Source: an uncultured archaeon
Lineage (GTDB): Archaea > Iainarchaeota > Iainarchaeia > Iainarchaeales > 0-14-0-20-30-16
DNA length: 32,000 nt
Assembly: GCA_964480435.1 (NCBI GenBank)
Contig: CAYZSS010000001.1
Span: forward strand, 1-32,000
Direction of reading: 5' to 3'
A program made the position numbers and the translations under genes. Shown one piece after another: positions 1 to 8,704 of the stretch (the first letter of the stretch is position 1; each line of letters opens with the position of its first letter). Under the pieces are notes generated by a model, which saw only the letters and a program-made list of their open reading frames with translations, was not told the origin of the DNA and did no database searches.

Positions 1-142
1 AGCTTTTTATACTTTTCTCACAAATAAGAGTTTATTAGATTATTGTAAGCTTGACCGAAGGTCTTTTCTTTGGGCAACTTACACTGCGGAGCCTTTTTCT
101 TTTGGCAAACGTAGACTTTTCTTTTTTGAAAAGAAAAGGATC

Positions 143-215
143 GGGCTCATGGTCTAGTGGTTATGACATCGCCCTTACAAGGCGGGAGTCGCAGGTTCAA
201 ATCCTGCTGGGCCCA
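143..215 (+). tRNA. tRNA-Val (anticodon UAC)
   Basis: 73-nt cloverleaf. Acceptor stem GGGCTCA/TGGGCCC has one G-T pair. Anticodon arm TCGCC-CTTACAA-GGCGG gives anticodon TAC preceded by T33. T-arm is GCAGG-TTCAAAT-CCTGC. Discriminator is A and no CCA is encoded. It is a GC-rich island in AT-rich flanks. Confidence 0.9.
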
Positions 216-222
216 CTCTTTT

Positions 223-984
223 TTATCCATACATTTCTTTTATCCACTTTTTATAGATTTTATCATTATTAAAATAATAATCTGATTCAAAGTTTGGATC
301 AAACTTAAAGATCTCTATTTCTTCAAAATGTTCTTTTTGATTTAGAATCTTATCTACTGATTTATCTACAACCTCTTTTGGAAGTAACCAATATTTTGTA
401 TCAGCGTATGGCCTAACAGACGTAGTAAGGTTAGTTTTCACAGTACTTACATTTACAACAAAGCCTTTCACCCAGTTATATTTTCTAGTTAAGTTTTCTA
501 TATATAATTTTGAAATCTTTTTAGATTCCCTAAAAGATATAAAGAAAGGGATATTATATTTATCAGATATTGCTCCAAACATAACTATTGTTAAAGCAAT
601 ATTCTTGCCATTGTTTCTATATTGGCTTAATTTCTCAATTAATCCGTCACACACATTTTTTAAGGTATTTACATTTGTACTATAAATTACTGGATTTATT
701 GTGTTTATATTTTTTATTTTTGGGTATGTTTTACACTCAAAAATATCTACTCCAACAGTGTGCACCAAAAGTACACGTGCTGTTCTTGAAAAATCAATTT
801 TACCAAATAATTTTTCTGATTCGTCCTTATTAGTTAAATCACAAACCAAATTTGTTATGTTTTCGTTATCATACTTTTGCTCAGTCCTAGTGATTCCAAT
901 AACTTTTGAATCTTCTTGGAAATAATCTATGTAAGCTTTTCCTATACCACTTCTTGCTCCTGCTACCACAAGCATATTTTTCAT
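223..984 (-). CDS. short-chain dehydrogenase/reductase (SDR) family protein, atypical
   Basis: N-terminal Rossmann glycine motif VVAGARSGIGKA (TGxxxGxG-like). Length of about 250 aa is typical of SDRs. SD GAGGTGG lies 4 nt upstream of the ATG at 984. No clear YxxxK motif (see findings). Confidence 0.65.
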   Translation of the reverse strand: MKNMLVVAGARSGIGKAYIDYFQEDSKVIGITRTEQKYDNENITNLVCDLTNKDESEKLFGKIDFSRTARVLLVHTVGVDIFECKTYPKIKNINTINPVIYSTNVNTLKNVCDGLIEKLSQYRNNGKNIALTIVMFGAISDKYNIPFFISFRESKKISKLYIENLTRKYNWVKGFVVNVSTVKTNLTTSVRPYADTKYWLLPKEVVDKSVDKILNQKEHFEEIEIFKFDPNFESDYYFNNDKIYKKWIKEMYG

Positions 985-1088
985 AAAACCACCTCTTCTA
1001 ATTAAAATCTACTTGTCTTTTGCAGGATATAAAATAAACTTCTTGGATTTTTACAAAAGAAAACTTTAAATACCTATTTAGTTACTAT

Positions 1089-2039
1089 ATGTGTATGGAC
1101 CGAATAGATAAACTTATTTTAGCAAAGTTAATGCTGAATTCGAGAATACCTTATAAATTGCTGGCTAAACAAATTAAAGTCTCAAGAGAAGTTGTTAATT
1201 ATAGAATAAACAGGTTAATCAAAGAAGGAGTAATAATTAATTTTGCAACAGAAATAAATTATAAAAAATTAGGGTATATTGCTGCATCCATATATCTAAA
1301 TATGGAAGAAGAAAAGCAAAATGAATTTATTGAATTTTTATCAAATTCGAATTATATTTCTTGGGCCGTGGAATTGTCAGGCACGTGGAATTTTGGTTTT
1401 TCTATTATTGGAAAAGACCCAGAAGACATAGATAACAAATTCCAAACATTATATCTCCGATTCAAAGACCAAATAACAAATCACAGGTTTACGTTACACA
1501 AAAAAACAAGATATTTTTATGAAAAATACTTTGATACAAACACAGATATAAAAATAAAAAAAATAAAAAAGGAAGAAAATATTATTATTGATGATATTGA
1601 TAAAACCATATTAAAAGAATTGGCAAAAAATTCCAGGATAGATTTAGTCAATTTATCCAAGAAAACACCAATAACGCCACAAGCAATTAGCAAAAGAATT
1701 AAAAAATTGGAAAATAGCAATTATATTATTAAATATTATATCTTTGTCGACGTATTTAAATTAAATTTTTACCAATACGAGGTTTTTATTACTAATGATA
1801 ACAAATTAACTAAAGAAAAGCTCATCAACCATTTAGAATTTAGAAAAGATGTTTCTTACGTAGGAGAATATATTGGAGACCCGTTTTTAGAGTTTGGTCT
1901 TTTTGTTAACAGCCCATACGATCTAAGAAAAAAAATTCAGGAAATAATTGGATTATTTAAAGACGTACAGATAGTTCAAATTGATTTATTTCAGAAAGAG
2001 TATGTACCAATAAGCCCACCAGAATGTGTGTTTGAATGA
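1089..2039 (+). CDS. fused tandem Lrp/AsnC-family transcriptional regulator (two HTH + effector-domain units)
   Basis: Two AsnC-type HTH segments: IDKLILAKLMLNSRIPYKLLAKQIKVSREVVNYRINRLIKEGVI near the N-terminus, and IDKTILKELAKNSRIDLVNLSKKTPITPQAISKRIKKLENSNYI from about residue 170. Each is followed by an alpha/beta segment of about 80 aa. The start could be the second ATG at 1095. Confidence 0.75.
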   Translation: MCMDRIDKLILAKLMLNSRIPYKLLAKQIKVSREVVNYRINRLIKEGVIINFATEINYKKLGYIAASIYLNMEEEKQNEFIEFLSNSNYISWAVELSGTWNFGFSIIGKDPEDIDNKFQTLYLRFKDQITNHRFTLHKKTRYFYEKYFDTNTDIKIKKIKKEENIIIDDIDKTILKELAKNSRIDLVNLSKKTPITPQAISKRIKKLENSNYIIKYYIFVDVFKLNFYQYEVFITNDNKLTKEKLINHLEFRKDVSYVGEYIGDPFLEFGLFVNSPYDLRKKIQEIIGLFKDVQIVQIDLFQKEYVPISPPECVFE

Positions 2040-2056
2040 AAAATAACCAGCCCAGA

Positions 2057-2647
2057 TTAAAGGTTTAGTTCTTTTTTAACTTTTTCATAAACCTGTTTGT
2101 GATATTTTGGCCCAGGGTGTAAGCCATCTTCTTTTAGTTCACTTCTGTTTAGCAAGCTCGCAGTCTCTAAATAAACTGCTTTATTCTTTTTACTGAGTTT
2201 TTTCAATACTGCATCATATTTTTCAATTGAAACATTAGAAAAATTTGTTTTGTTTGGACTATATAAATATGGGTGAACCATGGAATCAATTACTCTACTA
2301 AGCCCCAAAAAAAGTATTTTTTTTACTTTTGATTTTCTAGATAAATTAATTAGTTTGATTATATTTTCTTCAAATTGTTTTAAAGTAACTCTTGGCTTAT
2401 TTTTGGAATTGTAAGAAGAATCATTTATTCCTACCTGTATAATTAGTGTGTTTGGCTTTCTTGTTTTTATTTCTTGAAATCGTTCTAAAAGTTCTTTTGT
2501 TGTATCCCCATTTATTCCTAAATTGTACACAGTAGTTTCATCATCAGTTTTTAAAAAGTGAACCTTAAGCCTATCCGCCCAACCGCCAGATTTATTATCT
2601 ATTGCCCCAACAGCAAAACTATCCCCAAAAACACAAACACAAGTCAT
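2057..2647 (-). CDS. SGNH/GDSL-family hydrolase (lipase/esterase-like)
   Basis: Block I VCVFGDSFAVG (GDS nucleophile), block III GINDS, block V DGLHPGPKYH (DxxH). Confidence 0.75.
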   Translation of the reverse strand: MTCVCVFGDSFAVGAIDNKSGGWADRLKVHFLKTDDETTVYNLGINGDTTKELLERFQEIKTRKPNTLIIQVGINDSSYNSKNKPRVTLKQFEENIIKLINLSRKSKVKKILFLGLSRVIDSMVHPYLYSPNKTNFSNVSIEKYDAVLKKLSKKNKAVYLETASLLNRSELKEDGLHPGPKYHKQVYEKVKKELNL

Positions 2648-2677
2648 AAAAAAAGAACAGCAGAAATAATTATAATC

Positions 2678-3028
2678 CTACCAGTTATTAATAAAATTTT
2701 CTGCAATTTTGTGCCAGGTTTTAAGATTATCTTTAATTTTATCTTTTATATCTTCCTTATGTAAAATTTTGTAAATATACAGGAAGCCCCCATTTTCCAG
2801 ATTCTTCGCTCTTCTTTCAACAAGTTTTTTTTCAACAAGTTTTTTTAATGCTCTTTGAATAGAAGTCCTATCTAGCCCAACCTTATCTGAAAGATCCACC
2901 ACAGTAAAGGTTTGTGCATCTTTTCCAAGCAAAAAATCAAAGACCTTGAATTCAGTTTTTGAAAAACCAAAACTACATTTTATTAGATCCTTTATTTCCA
3001 CTTTTTTACATGCAAAAGAGACAGCCAT
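2678..3028 (-). CDS. winged-helix transcriptional regulator (TrmB/MarR-like)
   Basis: HTH-like segment TVVDLSDKVGLDRTSIQRALKKLVEKKLVERR. SD GAGGTGA lies 4 nt upstream of the ATG. It sits directly downstream of trxB on the same strand. Confidence 0.6.
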   Translation of the reverse strand: MAVSFACKKVEIKDLIKCSFGFSKTEFKVFDFLLGKDAQTFTVVDLSDKVGLDRTSIQRALKKLVEKKLVERRAKNLENGGFLYIYKILHKEDIKDKIKDNLKTWHKIAENFINNW

Positions 3029-3037
3029 AATTTCACC

Positions 3038-3931
3038 TCACTTGTTTAGTTCATGATAAATGTTTGTTGCTGCTGTTGCCCCATTTGCCTCCGCAACAAC
3101 TATTTGTTTTAGTTCGTTATTTACCACATCGCCGGCACAATAAACCCCAGAAATATTTGTCTCACAAGAAGAATTAATTTTCACATACCCTTTTTCATCT
3201 TTTTCTAAATTAAGATTATCTGCAAAAGCTATATTTGGATCAGCACCTATTTCAACAAATAGACCCTCAACCTTTACTTCTTTCCCATTACTTAATTCAA
3301 CTGATTCTAGTTTGTCTACACCATTAAGTTTAGCCACTTCAACATTAAAAATTGGAGTAATTTTTTTGTTTTTTAGCACTTGGGAAGTCCAAGCAGGTTC
3401 TGCTTTTGTAAACTTATCCTTTCTGTAAAAAATATATACATTTTCTGAAAATTCAGATAACAGCAGTGCAGCTGTAAGAGCGGCATTTCCACCTCCAACT
3501 ACACCCACAGTTTTTCCTTTATAGAAAGTAGAGTCACAAGTAGCACAATAACTTATTCCCTTGCCTCTAAATTCATTTTCTCTGTCAATATTAAGGTGCT
3601 TTCTTTTTGTTCCTGTTGCAATAATTATTTTTTTTGCTTTGACCATTTCAGATCCAAAAATTATTTCAAAATGATCTTGTTTCTTTTCAATAGCATCAAC
3701 TTTTTCAAAATTTATATCTACTTTCATCTCTTGAACATGCTCCAATAGTTTTTGGGCAAATTCAAAACCTTTCATTTCTTTGAAAACAGGATAATTACAA
3801 ATTACATGGGCTTCTGCGGCGGTCCCACCAGGAACCTGCCCAAAAATTACCGTTTTCATATTATATCTTGCAGAATATATTGCTGCTGTTGCCCCTGCTG
3901 GGCCAAAACCAATTATTGCCACATCATACAT
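3038..3931 (-). CDS. trxB: thioredoxin-disulfide reductase
   Basis: FAD motif DVAIIGFGPAGATAA, redox-active CATC (ISYCATCDSTF), NADPH motif VVGGGNAALTAA. The ORF track starts at 3943. The ATG at 3931 (MYDVAIIG...) follows a GGTGA motif and gives the usual N-terminus. Confidence 0.9.
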   Translation of the reverse strand: MYDVAIIGFGPAGATAAIYSARYNMKTVIFGQVPGGTAAEAHVICNYPVFKEMKGFEFAQKLLEHVQEMKVDINFEKVDAIEKKQDHFEIIFGSEMVKAKKIIIATGTKRKHLNIDRENEFRGKGISYCATCDSTFYKGKTVGVVGGGNAALTAALLLSEFSENVYIFYRKDKFTKAEPAWTSQVLKNKKITPIFNVEVAKLNGVDKLESVELSNGKEVKVEGLFVEIGADPNIAFADNLNLEKDEKGYVKINSSCETNISGVYCAGDVVNNELKQIVVAEANGATAATNIYHELNK

Positions 3932-3949
3932 AAGATTCACCATATTCTT

Positions 3950-4279
3950 TTATTTTATATTTCTTTTAAGGAAATCTCTTATCCCTTGTTCCGGAAAAGA
4001 ACCAACAAATTCATCAACTACTTTTCCATTTTTAAATAGTTTTACTGAAGGTATTGACATAATCCCATACTTCAAACTTGTTTTCTGATTCTCATCAACA
4101 TTTACTTTTGCAAAGCTCAACTTATCTTTAAATTCTGCTGATACTTTCTCAATGTTTGGGCCAAGCATTAAACAAGGCATACACCAAGGTGCCCAAAAAT
4201 CAACCAAAACATAGTTAGTATTAGATTTTTCTATAACTTCTTCAGTAAAATTAGCATCATTTGCTTCAAAATGTACCAT
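3950..4279 (-). CDS. trxA: thioredoxin (active site WCMPC)
   Basis: VLVDFWAPWCMPCLMLGP thioredoxin motif in a 109-aa protein. SD GAGGTGAT lies 5 nt upstream of the ATG. Confidence 0.85.
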   Translation of the reverse strand: MVHFEANDANFTEEVIEKSNTNYVLVDFWAPWCMPCLMLGPNIEKVSAEFKDKLSFAKVNVDENQKTSLKYGIMSIPSVKLFKNGKVVDEFVGSFPEQGIRDFLKRNIK

Positions 4280-4431
4280 ATACCATCACCTCATCACTGT
4301 ATGTGTATCTTATTTGCACAGAGCATTTAAAAAGATTGTTGCAAGAGTGTGTGCTTGTGCGCCATTTCTGCACACTCCTTTTCAAAGCCGAATCACAATA
4401 GATATATAAAGGTAAAAGATATATTTTAAAT

Positions 4432-5883
4432 ATGTTTTTTAGAGTAGGCAAAAATGACCTAAAAGTAATATTTAATTACATAGGCCTACTATTAATGTGG
4501 AGTTCTTTAGCTTTTATATTACCTTTAATAATTGTATTAATTTACAACGAACCAAAGCAAAACTTCTTAGCATATCTTTTTTGTTTTATTATTACAATTA
4601 TTGTCGGCTATTTAATAAAAACCCAAATAAACCCAGAAAATAAACAAATATCTTTTTCCGTAATACACGCAACCCTTGTAGCTGTAATTTTTTGGATACT
4701 GTTTAACATTCTTACATCCTTGCCTTTCATGCTTATAGAAAACATGTCTTTTATTAATTCTTTTTTTGAATCCATTTCAGCAACAACCACAACAGGATTA
4801 TCGGTAATACACAATTTTGCGCCAATTTCACACAGTATACTTATGTGGCGATCCTTGCTGTCTTGGTTTGGTGGATTGGGCGTTGTTCTATTAGCATTAT
4901 TAGGTGTTTTAACTACTGCAAAAAATTTTGGATTATTAGCAAAAGCAGAGGGGCATGACTCTCTTGCAACACCGAACCTAAAAAAAACCGTTTTTCTTTT
5001 TTGGTACATATATATCAGCATTACTGCTTTAGGAGCGCTAGCATTAACTTTTTTTGGAATGAAACTATTTTATGCAATAAATTACGCCATGTCAGCTATA
5101 TCAACCACAGGAATGGAGTCATCAAATATCGGCTTAATGAGCAACGGCTTAGGGGTACAAATAATTATTGCTTTTTTAATGGTCTTTGGAGCCACTAGCT
5201 TTATTACTCATTATCTTGCAATGAAAAAAAAATCAATAAAAGAATATTTCCGTGATTATGAATTTATCTTTTTAATAAGTTTAACTTTTTTTGGTTCAGT
5301 TTTACTTGCAATAAAATTAAATTTATTTGATATTTTAGGAATTATTTCATCAATAATAACTGCTGCTTCCGCCGCAACAGGAGGAGGTTTTCCCAGCGTA
5401 CCACAAGCAACAATTGCTTTGTGGGGAGAGTTCTTACTAATTATTACTATATTTTTAATGTTTATTGGAGGCTCCACAGCATCAACAGCAGGTGGAATAA
5501 AAATACACAGGTTTGTTTTATTTTTAAAAACAATAAGCTGGAAAACCAAAGAATTATTTCTTCCAAAAAAAGCATATTTTTCCAAAAAATTTCACACAAG
5601 ACTTGTTAATGATGAAGAAATAAAAAACAATTTATTTTTTATTGGAATATATTTATTATTTGTAATTATTACTGCAACAATACTTACTCTTTATGGTTTC
5701 AGTTTTATTAAATCTTTATTTGAAACCATGTCCGCCCAAAGCAATGTAGGACTCTCAGTAGGGATTACAACAGCAACGTTACCGTTATTTCCAAAAATAT
5801 TACTTATTTTTAACATGATAATTGGGAGATTAGAAATCATACCAATATTTGCATTATTTGGATTATTTTTAAAATTGAGGTGA
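4432..5883 (+). CDS. trkH: TrkH/KtrB-family potassium transporter membrane subunit
   Basis: 483-aa polytopic membrane protein with repeated pore-loop-like segments (SATTTTGLS, SAISTTGME, ASAATGGGFP, GGSTASTAGGIK, SAQSNVGLS). The adjacent gene is trkA-like. Confidence 0.85.
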   Translation: MFFRVGKNDLKVIFNYIGLLLMWSSLAFILPLIIVLIYNEPKQNFLAYLFCFIITIIVGYLIKTQINPENKQISFSVIHATLVAVIFWILFNILTSLPFMLIENMSFINSFFESISATTTTGLSVIHNFAPISHSILMWRSLLSWFGGLGVVLLALLGVLTTAKNFGLLAKAEGHDSLATPNLKKTVFLFWYIYISITALGALALTFFGMKLFYAINYAMSAISTTGMESSNIGLMSNGLGVQIIIAFLMVFGATSFITHYLAMKKKSIKEYFRDYEFIFLISLTFFGSVLLAIKLNLFDILGIISSIITAASAATGGGFPSVPQATIALWGEFLLIITIFLMFIGGSTASTAGGIKIHRFVLFLKTISWKTKELFLPKKAYFSKKFHTRLVNDEEIKNNLFFIGIYLLFVIITATILTLYGFSFIKSLFETMSAQSNVGLSVGITTATLPLFPKILLIFNMIIGRLEIIPIFALFGLFLKLR

Positions 5884-5889
5884 AAGCAC

Positions 5890-6546
5890 ATGTATTTTAT
5901 TATAGTTGGTGGAAACAAATTAGCGCAGTTTTTAACAAAAATATTATTAGAAGAAGATCATAAAGTAATAGTAATTGAAAAGGACGAAATACTTGCAAAA
6001 AAAATAGCTGATGAACAAGATGTAGTAGTCATTATAGATGACCCTACAAATCCAAAAGTATTACAAGATGCAGATGTAGATAATGCGGATTGTGTAATTA
6101 TTCTTACTGACTCAGACGATACAAATTTAGTTACTGCTTTACTGGCAAAAGAGAATGGTGCAAAAAAAGTAGCAGTAAAGCTTTCAAAAATCTATTACAA
6201 TGATGAAATTGTTAAAAAATTGGGGGTTGATTTAATTTTACACCCAGAAGCAATGATGGCAAGTTACACAGCTGAAATGCTAACAAAACCTACTCTAATT
6301 GATCTCGCATTTTTTACTAAAGGAGATGCAGAAATTTTAGAATATCTTGCAAAAGGCAGCGGGCTAATAAATAAAAAAATTAAAGATATCCCTATGCCAA
6401 AAAATTCAGTTATATTTGCTTTGCATGACGAGAAAGGAAAATTAGTAATACCTACTCCAAGCACGATTATAAAAGAAAATTATAAAATATTAATTTTATC
6501 TGAAACAGAATCAGTAAAAAATTTGAAAAAAACTTTAGGGGGGTAA
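5890..6546 (+). CDS. trkA: TrkA/KtrA-type potassium uptake regulatory subunit (RCK N + C domains)
   Basis: N-terminal Rossmann-like MYFIIVGGNKLAQFL...VIVIEKD and a C-terminal TrkA-C-like segment (AEILEYLAKGSGLINKKIKDI). SD GAGGTGA lies 6 nt upstream. It starts 7 nt after the trkH stop. Confidence 0.8.
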   Translation: MYFIIVGGNKLAQFLTKILLEEDHKVIVIEKDEILAKKIADEQDVVVIIDDPTNPKVLQDADVDNADCVIILTDSDDTNLVTALLAKENGAKKVAVKLSKIYYNDEIVKKLGVDLILHPEAMMASYTAEMLTKPTLIDLAFFTKGDAEILEYLAKGSGLINKKIKDIPMPKNSVIFALHDEKGKLVIPTPSTIIKENYKILILSETESVKNLKKTLGG

Positions 6547-6548
6547 CC

Positions 6549-7229
6549 CTATATTTTTTTCACATAGTTTTCTATTTCTTCGTACAAAACAGCACAGCCA
6601 TTATCTTTTAGAGCATATAATAATGATTTTATTAGATGCGTATCTTTATTTGTACCATATTGTTTAAAATAATCTTTATTGAATGCATATGCAGTAAGAT
6701 CAACAGACCTTATTACTTTTACACCCCCAATATATTCTTTAAATTTAGTTAATTTAGTTTCATCCATATACAAAGTAGTTTTATACCTTTTATCAAGTAT
6801 GCTTTTAAGCCGTTTGGGGTCGTCAATTAGTTCTCTTGTTATTAATTCATCTATGCAAAACAACTTTTTATCTGTTAGCCCAGCAAGAAAAATTATTGAT
6901 TCTAATTCCCCTTTTTGTAAAATTTGTATTGGGCCATATTTTGTAGATAAAATATTGTTTACTAAATCTTCAAAAAAAACATATTCTTTTTCCTGTGGCG
7001 GAGTTAATTTTTTTACTCCAAGCAGCCCAGAGTCAATAGAATTTTGTATTTGTTCTGAACTCCAACCAAACCGATAATTTTTTTCACCAGGGATTATTAC
7101 TTCATCATAAACCCCCTGAGTAATTAAAAAATTAACTTTTTCTCTTTTTTTAAGTTCACTCAAAACAGATAATAAATTTATAGAAGTTAATGAAATTATA
7201 CTGCTTGAATCAAATATTATATCTTTCAT
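6549..7229 (-). CDS. PIN-like domain protein (COG2405/DUF3368-like pattern), function unknown
   Basis: N-terminal IIFDSSSIISL...VYDEVI, central QKGELESIIFLAGL...CIDE and distal IRSVDL resemble the acidic-residue pattern of PIN-fold proteins. The ORF track gives a GTG at 7238; I chose the ATG at 7229, preceded by AAGTGAT. This is a pattern match only. Confidence 0.4.
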   Translation of the reverse strand: MKDIIFDSSSIISLTSINLLSVLSELKKREKVNFLITQGVYDEVIIPGEKNYRFGWSSEQIQNSIDSGLLGVKKLTPPQEKEYVFFEDLVNNILSTKYGPIQILQKGELESIIFLAGLTDKKLFCIDELITRELIDDPKRLKSILDKRYKTTLYMDETKLTKFKEYIGGVKVIRSVDLTAYAFNKDYFKQYGTNKDTHLIKSLLYALKDNGCAVLYEEIENYVKKI

Positions 7230-7301
7230 AAATATCACTTTTTATGGATCTGTTTTATATTTGTGGAGTTACGAACACAAATTCAAACTTATTCATAAAT
7301 A

Positions 7302-7853
7302 TCACATAAAAAACTCTTCAATTATTTTTACTTTTGAGTCTATAACATCTTTACCAATATCATAGTTTATTTTGCTGTTGCCTAAGTATCTTACCACTTC
7401 AACTCTTTCGGCACCGGTAAGTTCTACTGCTTTATTAATAGTTATTCCATGTTCATAACAATCTGATGCTTTTTTTACTTTTGATTTTTCTAAAATGTTT
7501 TTAAAATAATAATATAAATCTTTATTTTCTATCCTAAAAAGTGATATAAAATAATTTATTTCTTTAGGATATTCATCAAGATTCCTTTTTTCTAAAGTAT
7601 CAAAATAAGCAAGAATAGTTTTTTTATTTTTGTCCCACCTAGGGGAGTGTATTATGTGGGGTTGAGTCATAATTTTGTAAAGCATATAAGGAAAATACGA
7701 AAAATACATTAAGTCCCTATTATTTGACATTATTGCTTCTGAAGAAATAGTATTAGATATTTTTTTTAAATTTAAATCATGAGAAACTAAAAAATATTGC
7801 TGTATTAAATCAATTGTCTTTTTTCTTTCTAACATAGACAGTAGTTTAACCAT
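7302..7853 (-). CDS. hypothetical protein (possible C-terminal HTH)
   Basis: Clean 183-aa ORF in the co-directional gene run. The C-terminal segment GITINKAVELTGAERVEVVRYLG looks HTH-like. I recognise no family. Confidence 0.45.
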   Translation of the reverse strand: MVKLLSMLERKKTIDLIQQYFLVSHDLNLKKISNTISSEAIMSNNRDLMYFSYFPYMLYKIMTQPHIIHSPRWDKNKKTILAYFDTLEKRNLDEYPKEINYFISLFRIENKDLYYYFKNILEKSKVKKASDCYEHGITINKAVELTGAERVEVVRYLGNSKINYDIGKDVIDSKVKIIEEFFM

Positions 7854-7934
7854 ATATAAAATAGGTGTTTAGTTTAAAAAACTTACACTAAAAAACAAAA
7901 GAAAACAAGGATATTAAGTTCAAAAATTTAATCC

Positions 7935-8624
7935 TTATATTCTATGTTGAGGTCTAAATCTTGTTCTATCTACAGAAGCTAATCTGCCAGTTTTAGGGCC
8001 TTTAAGTGTTTCATTATATCTTCTTGCACGGTCCCTTAGGACTAATTCTTTTATAGGTCTTTGTTTCATCAGCCTAGATTGGATTTCTTTTACTTTCTCA
8101 TTTACTCTTCTTTCTCTTTCTTGCCTGAACTCAAGCCAATCTTTCTTTTGAGCAGGATCAGTTAATTTTTGCTCAAAACTCTTGATCTTCCTAACAGCAT
8201 TAATAATACTCTCAAGTTCAGAAGTATTTGCAGCATTAATTTTATTATAAACAGGAACCCAATAATCAGGTAAAGTCTGTAGGTTTATTCTCCCCCTATA
8301 CAAAGTCATATAAAGAACTATTTCTTTTGGTTCTATATTATATTTTGTAGAATATAAACCTATTCCTGAAGTAGGCACCCTTTTTCCAAAGATTTTTTTT
8401 AATTCTGCTATTTGTTCCTCGTACGCAGATCCTAGAGACTCCTTAGTTTTGTCTGAGAGCACATCTGGTCTCAAACTTATTTCTTTTTCCGACTCTACTA
8501 AGGAAGTCCCAACAAAACCACCAATAAGAGTCCACAGTATTACCGGCCAGATAGGAAATTTAAAAGAACGCCCCGCGGTTATTTTTGTTCCATAACGATT
8601 ACGTTTATTATTTCCTAAAGCCAC
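7935..8624 (-). CDS. hypothetical N-terminally membrane-anchored protein
   Basis: GTG start with SD GGTGAT 5 nt upstream. One TM helix (FPIWPVILWTLIGGFVGTSLV) is followed by a charged soluble region with a basic C-terminus. I recognise no family. Confidence 0.5.
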   Translation of the reverse strand: MALGNNKRNRYGTKITAGRSFKFPIWPVILWTLIGGFVGTSLVESEKEISLRPDVLSDKTKESLGSAYEEQIAELKKIFGKRVPTSGIGLYSTKYNIEPKEIVLYMTLYRGRINLQTLPDYWVPVYNKINAANTSELESIINAVRKIKSFEQKLTDPAQKKDWLEFRQERERRVNEKVKEIQSRLMKQRPIKELVLRDRARRYNETLKGPKTGRLASVDRTRFRPQHRI

Positions 8625-8704
8625 AAAATATCACCAATAAATATAATTTATTATGATATATAAAATTATCTGTAAGAATTAAAAAAAAGGAAGAATAAGA
8701 AGAA

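Noticed and set aside
1-140. Possible gene end or ncRNA upstream of the tRNA (small hairpin GACC-GAA-GGTC followed by TTTTCTTT at about 53-71)
   Set aside because: Only a 4-bp stem is present. The fragment at the window edge is too short to assign any ORF or RNA family.
51-272. 73-aa ORF on the plus strand
   Set aside because: It runs straight through the tRNA-Val gene (143-215), has a TTG start without an SD, and has a low-complexity translation. The tRNA explains the sequence.
4266-5585. Small ORF 4266-4451 in the trx/trkH intergenic region, and shadow ORFs inside trkH (4608-5021, 5001-5198, 5256-5585, 5421-5609)
   Set aside because: None has an SD or recognisable motifs. They overlap a well-supported TrkH membrane protein or a divergent promoter region.
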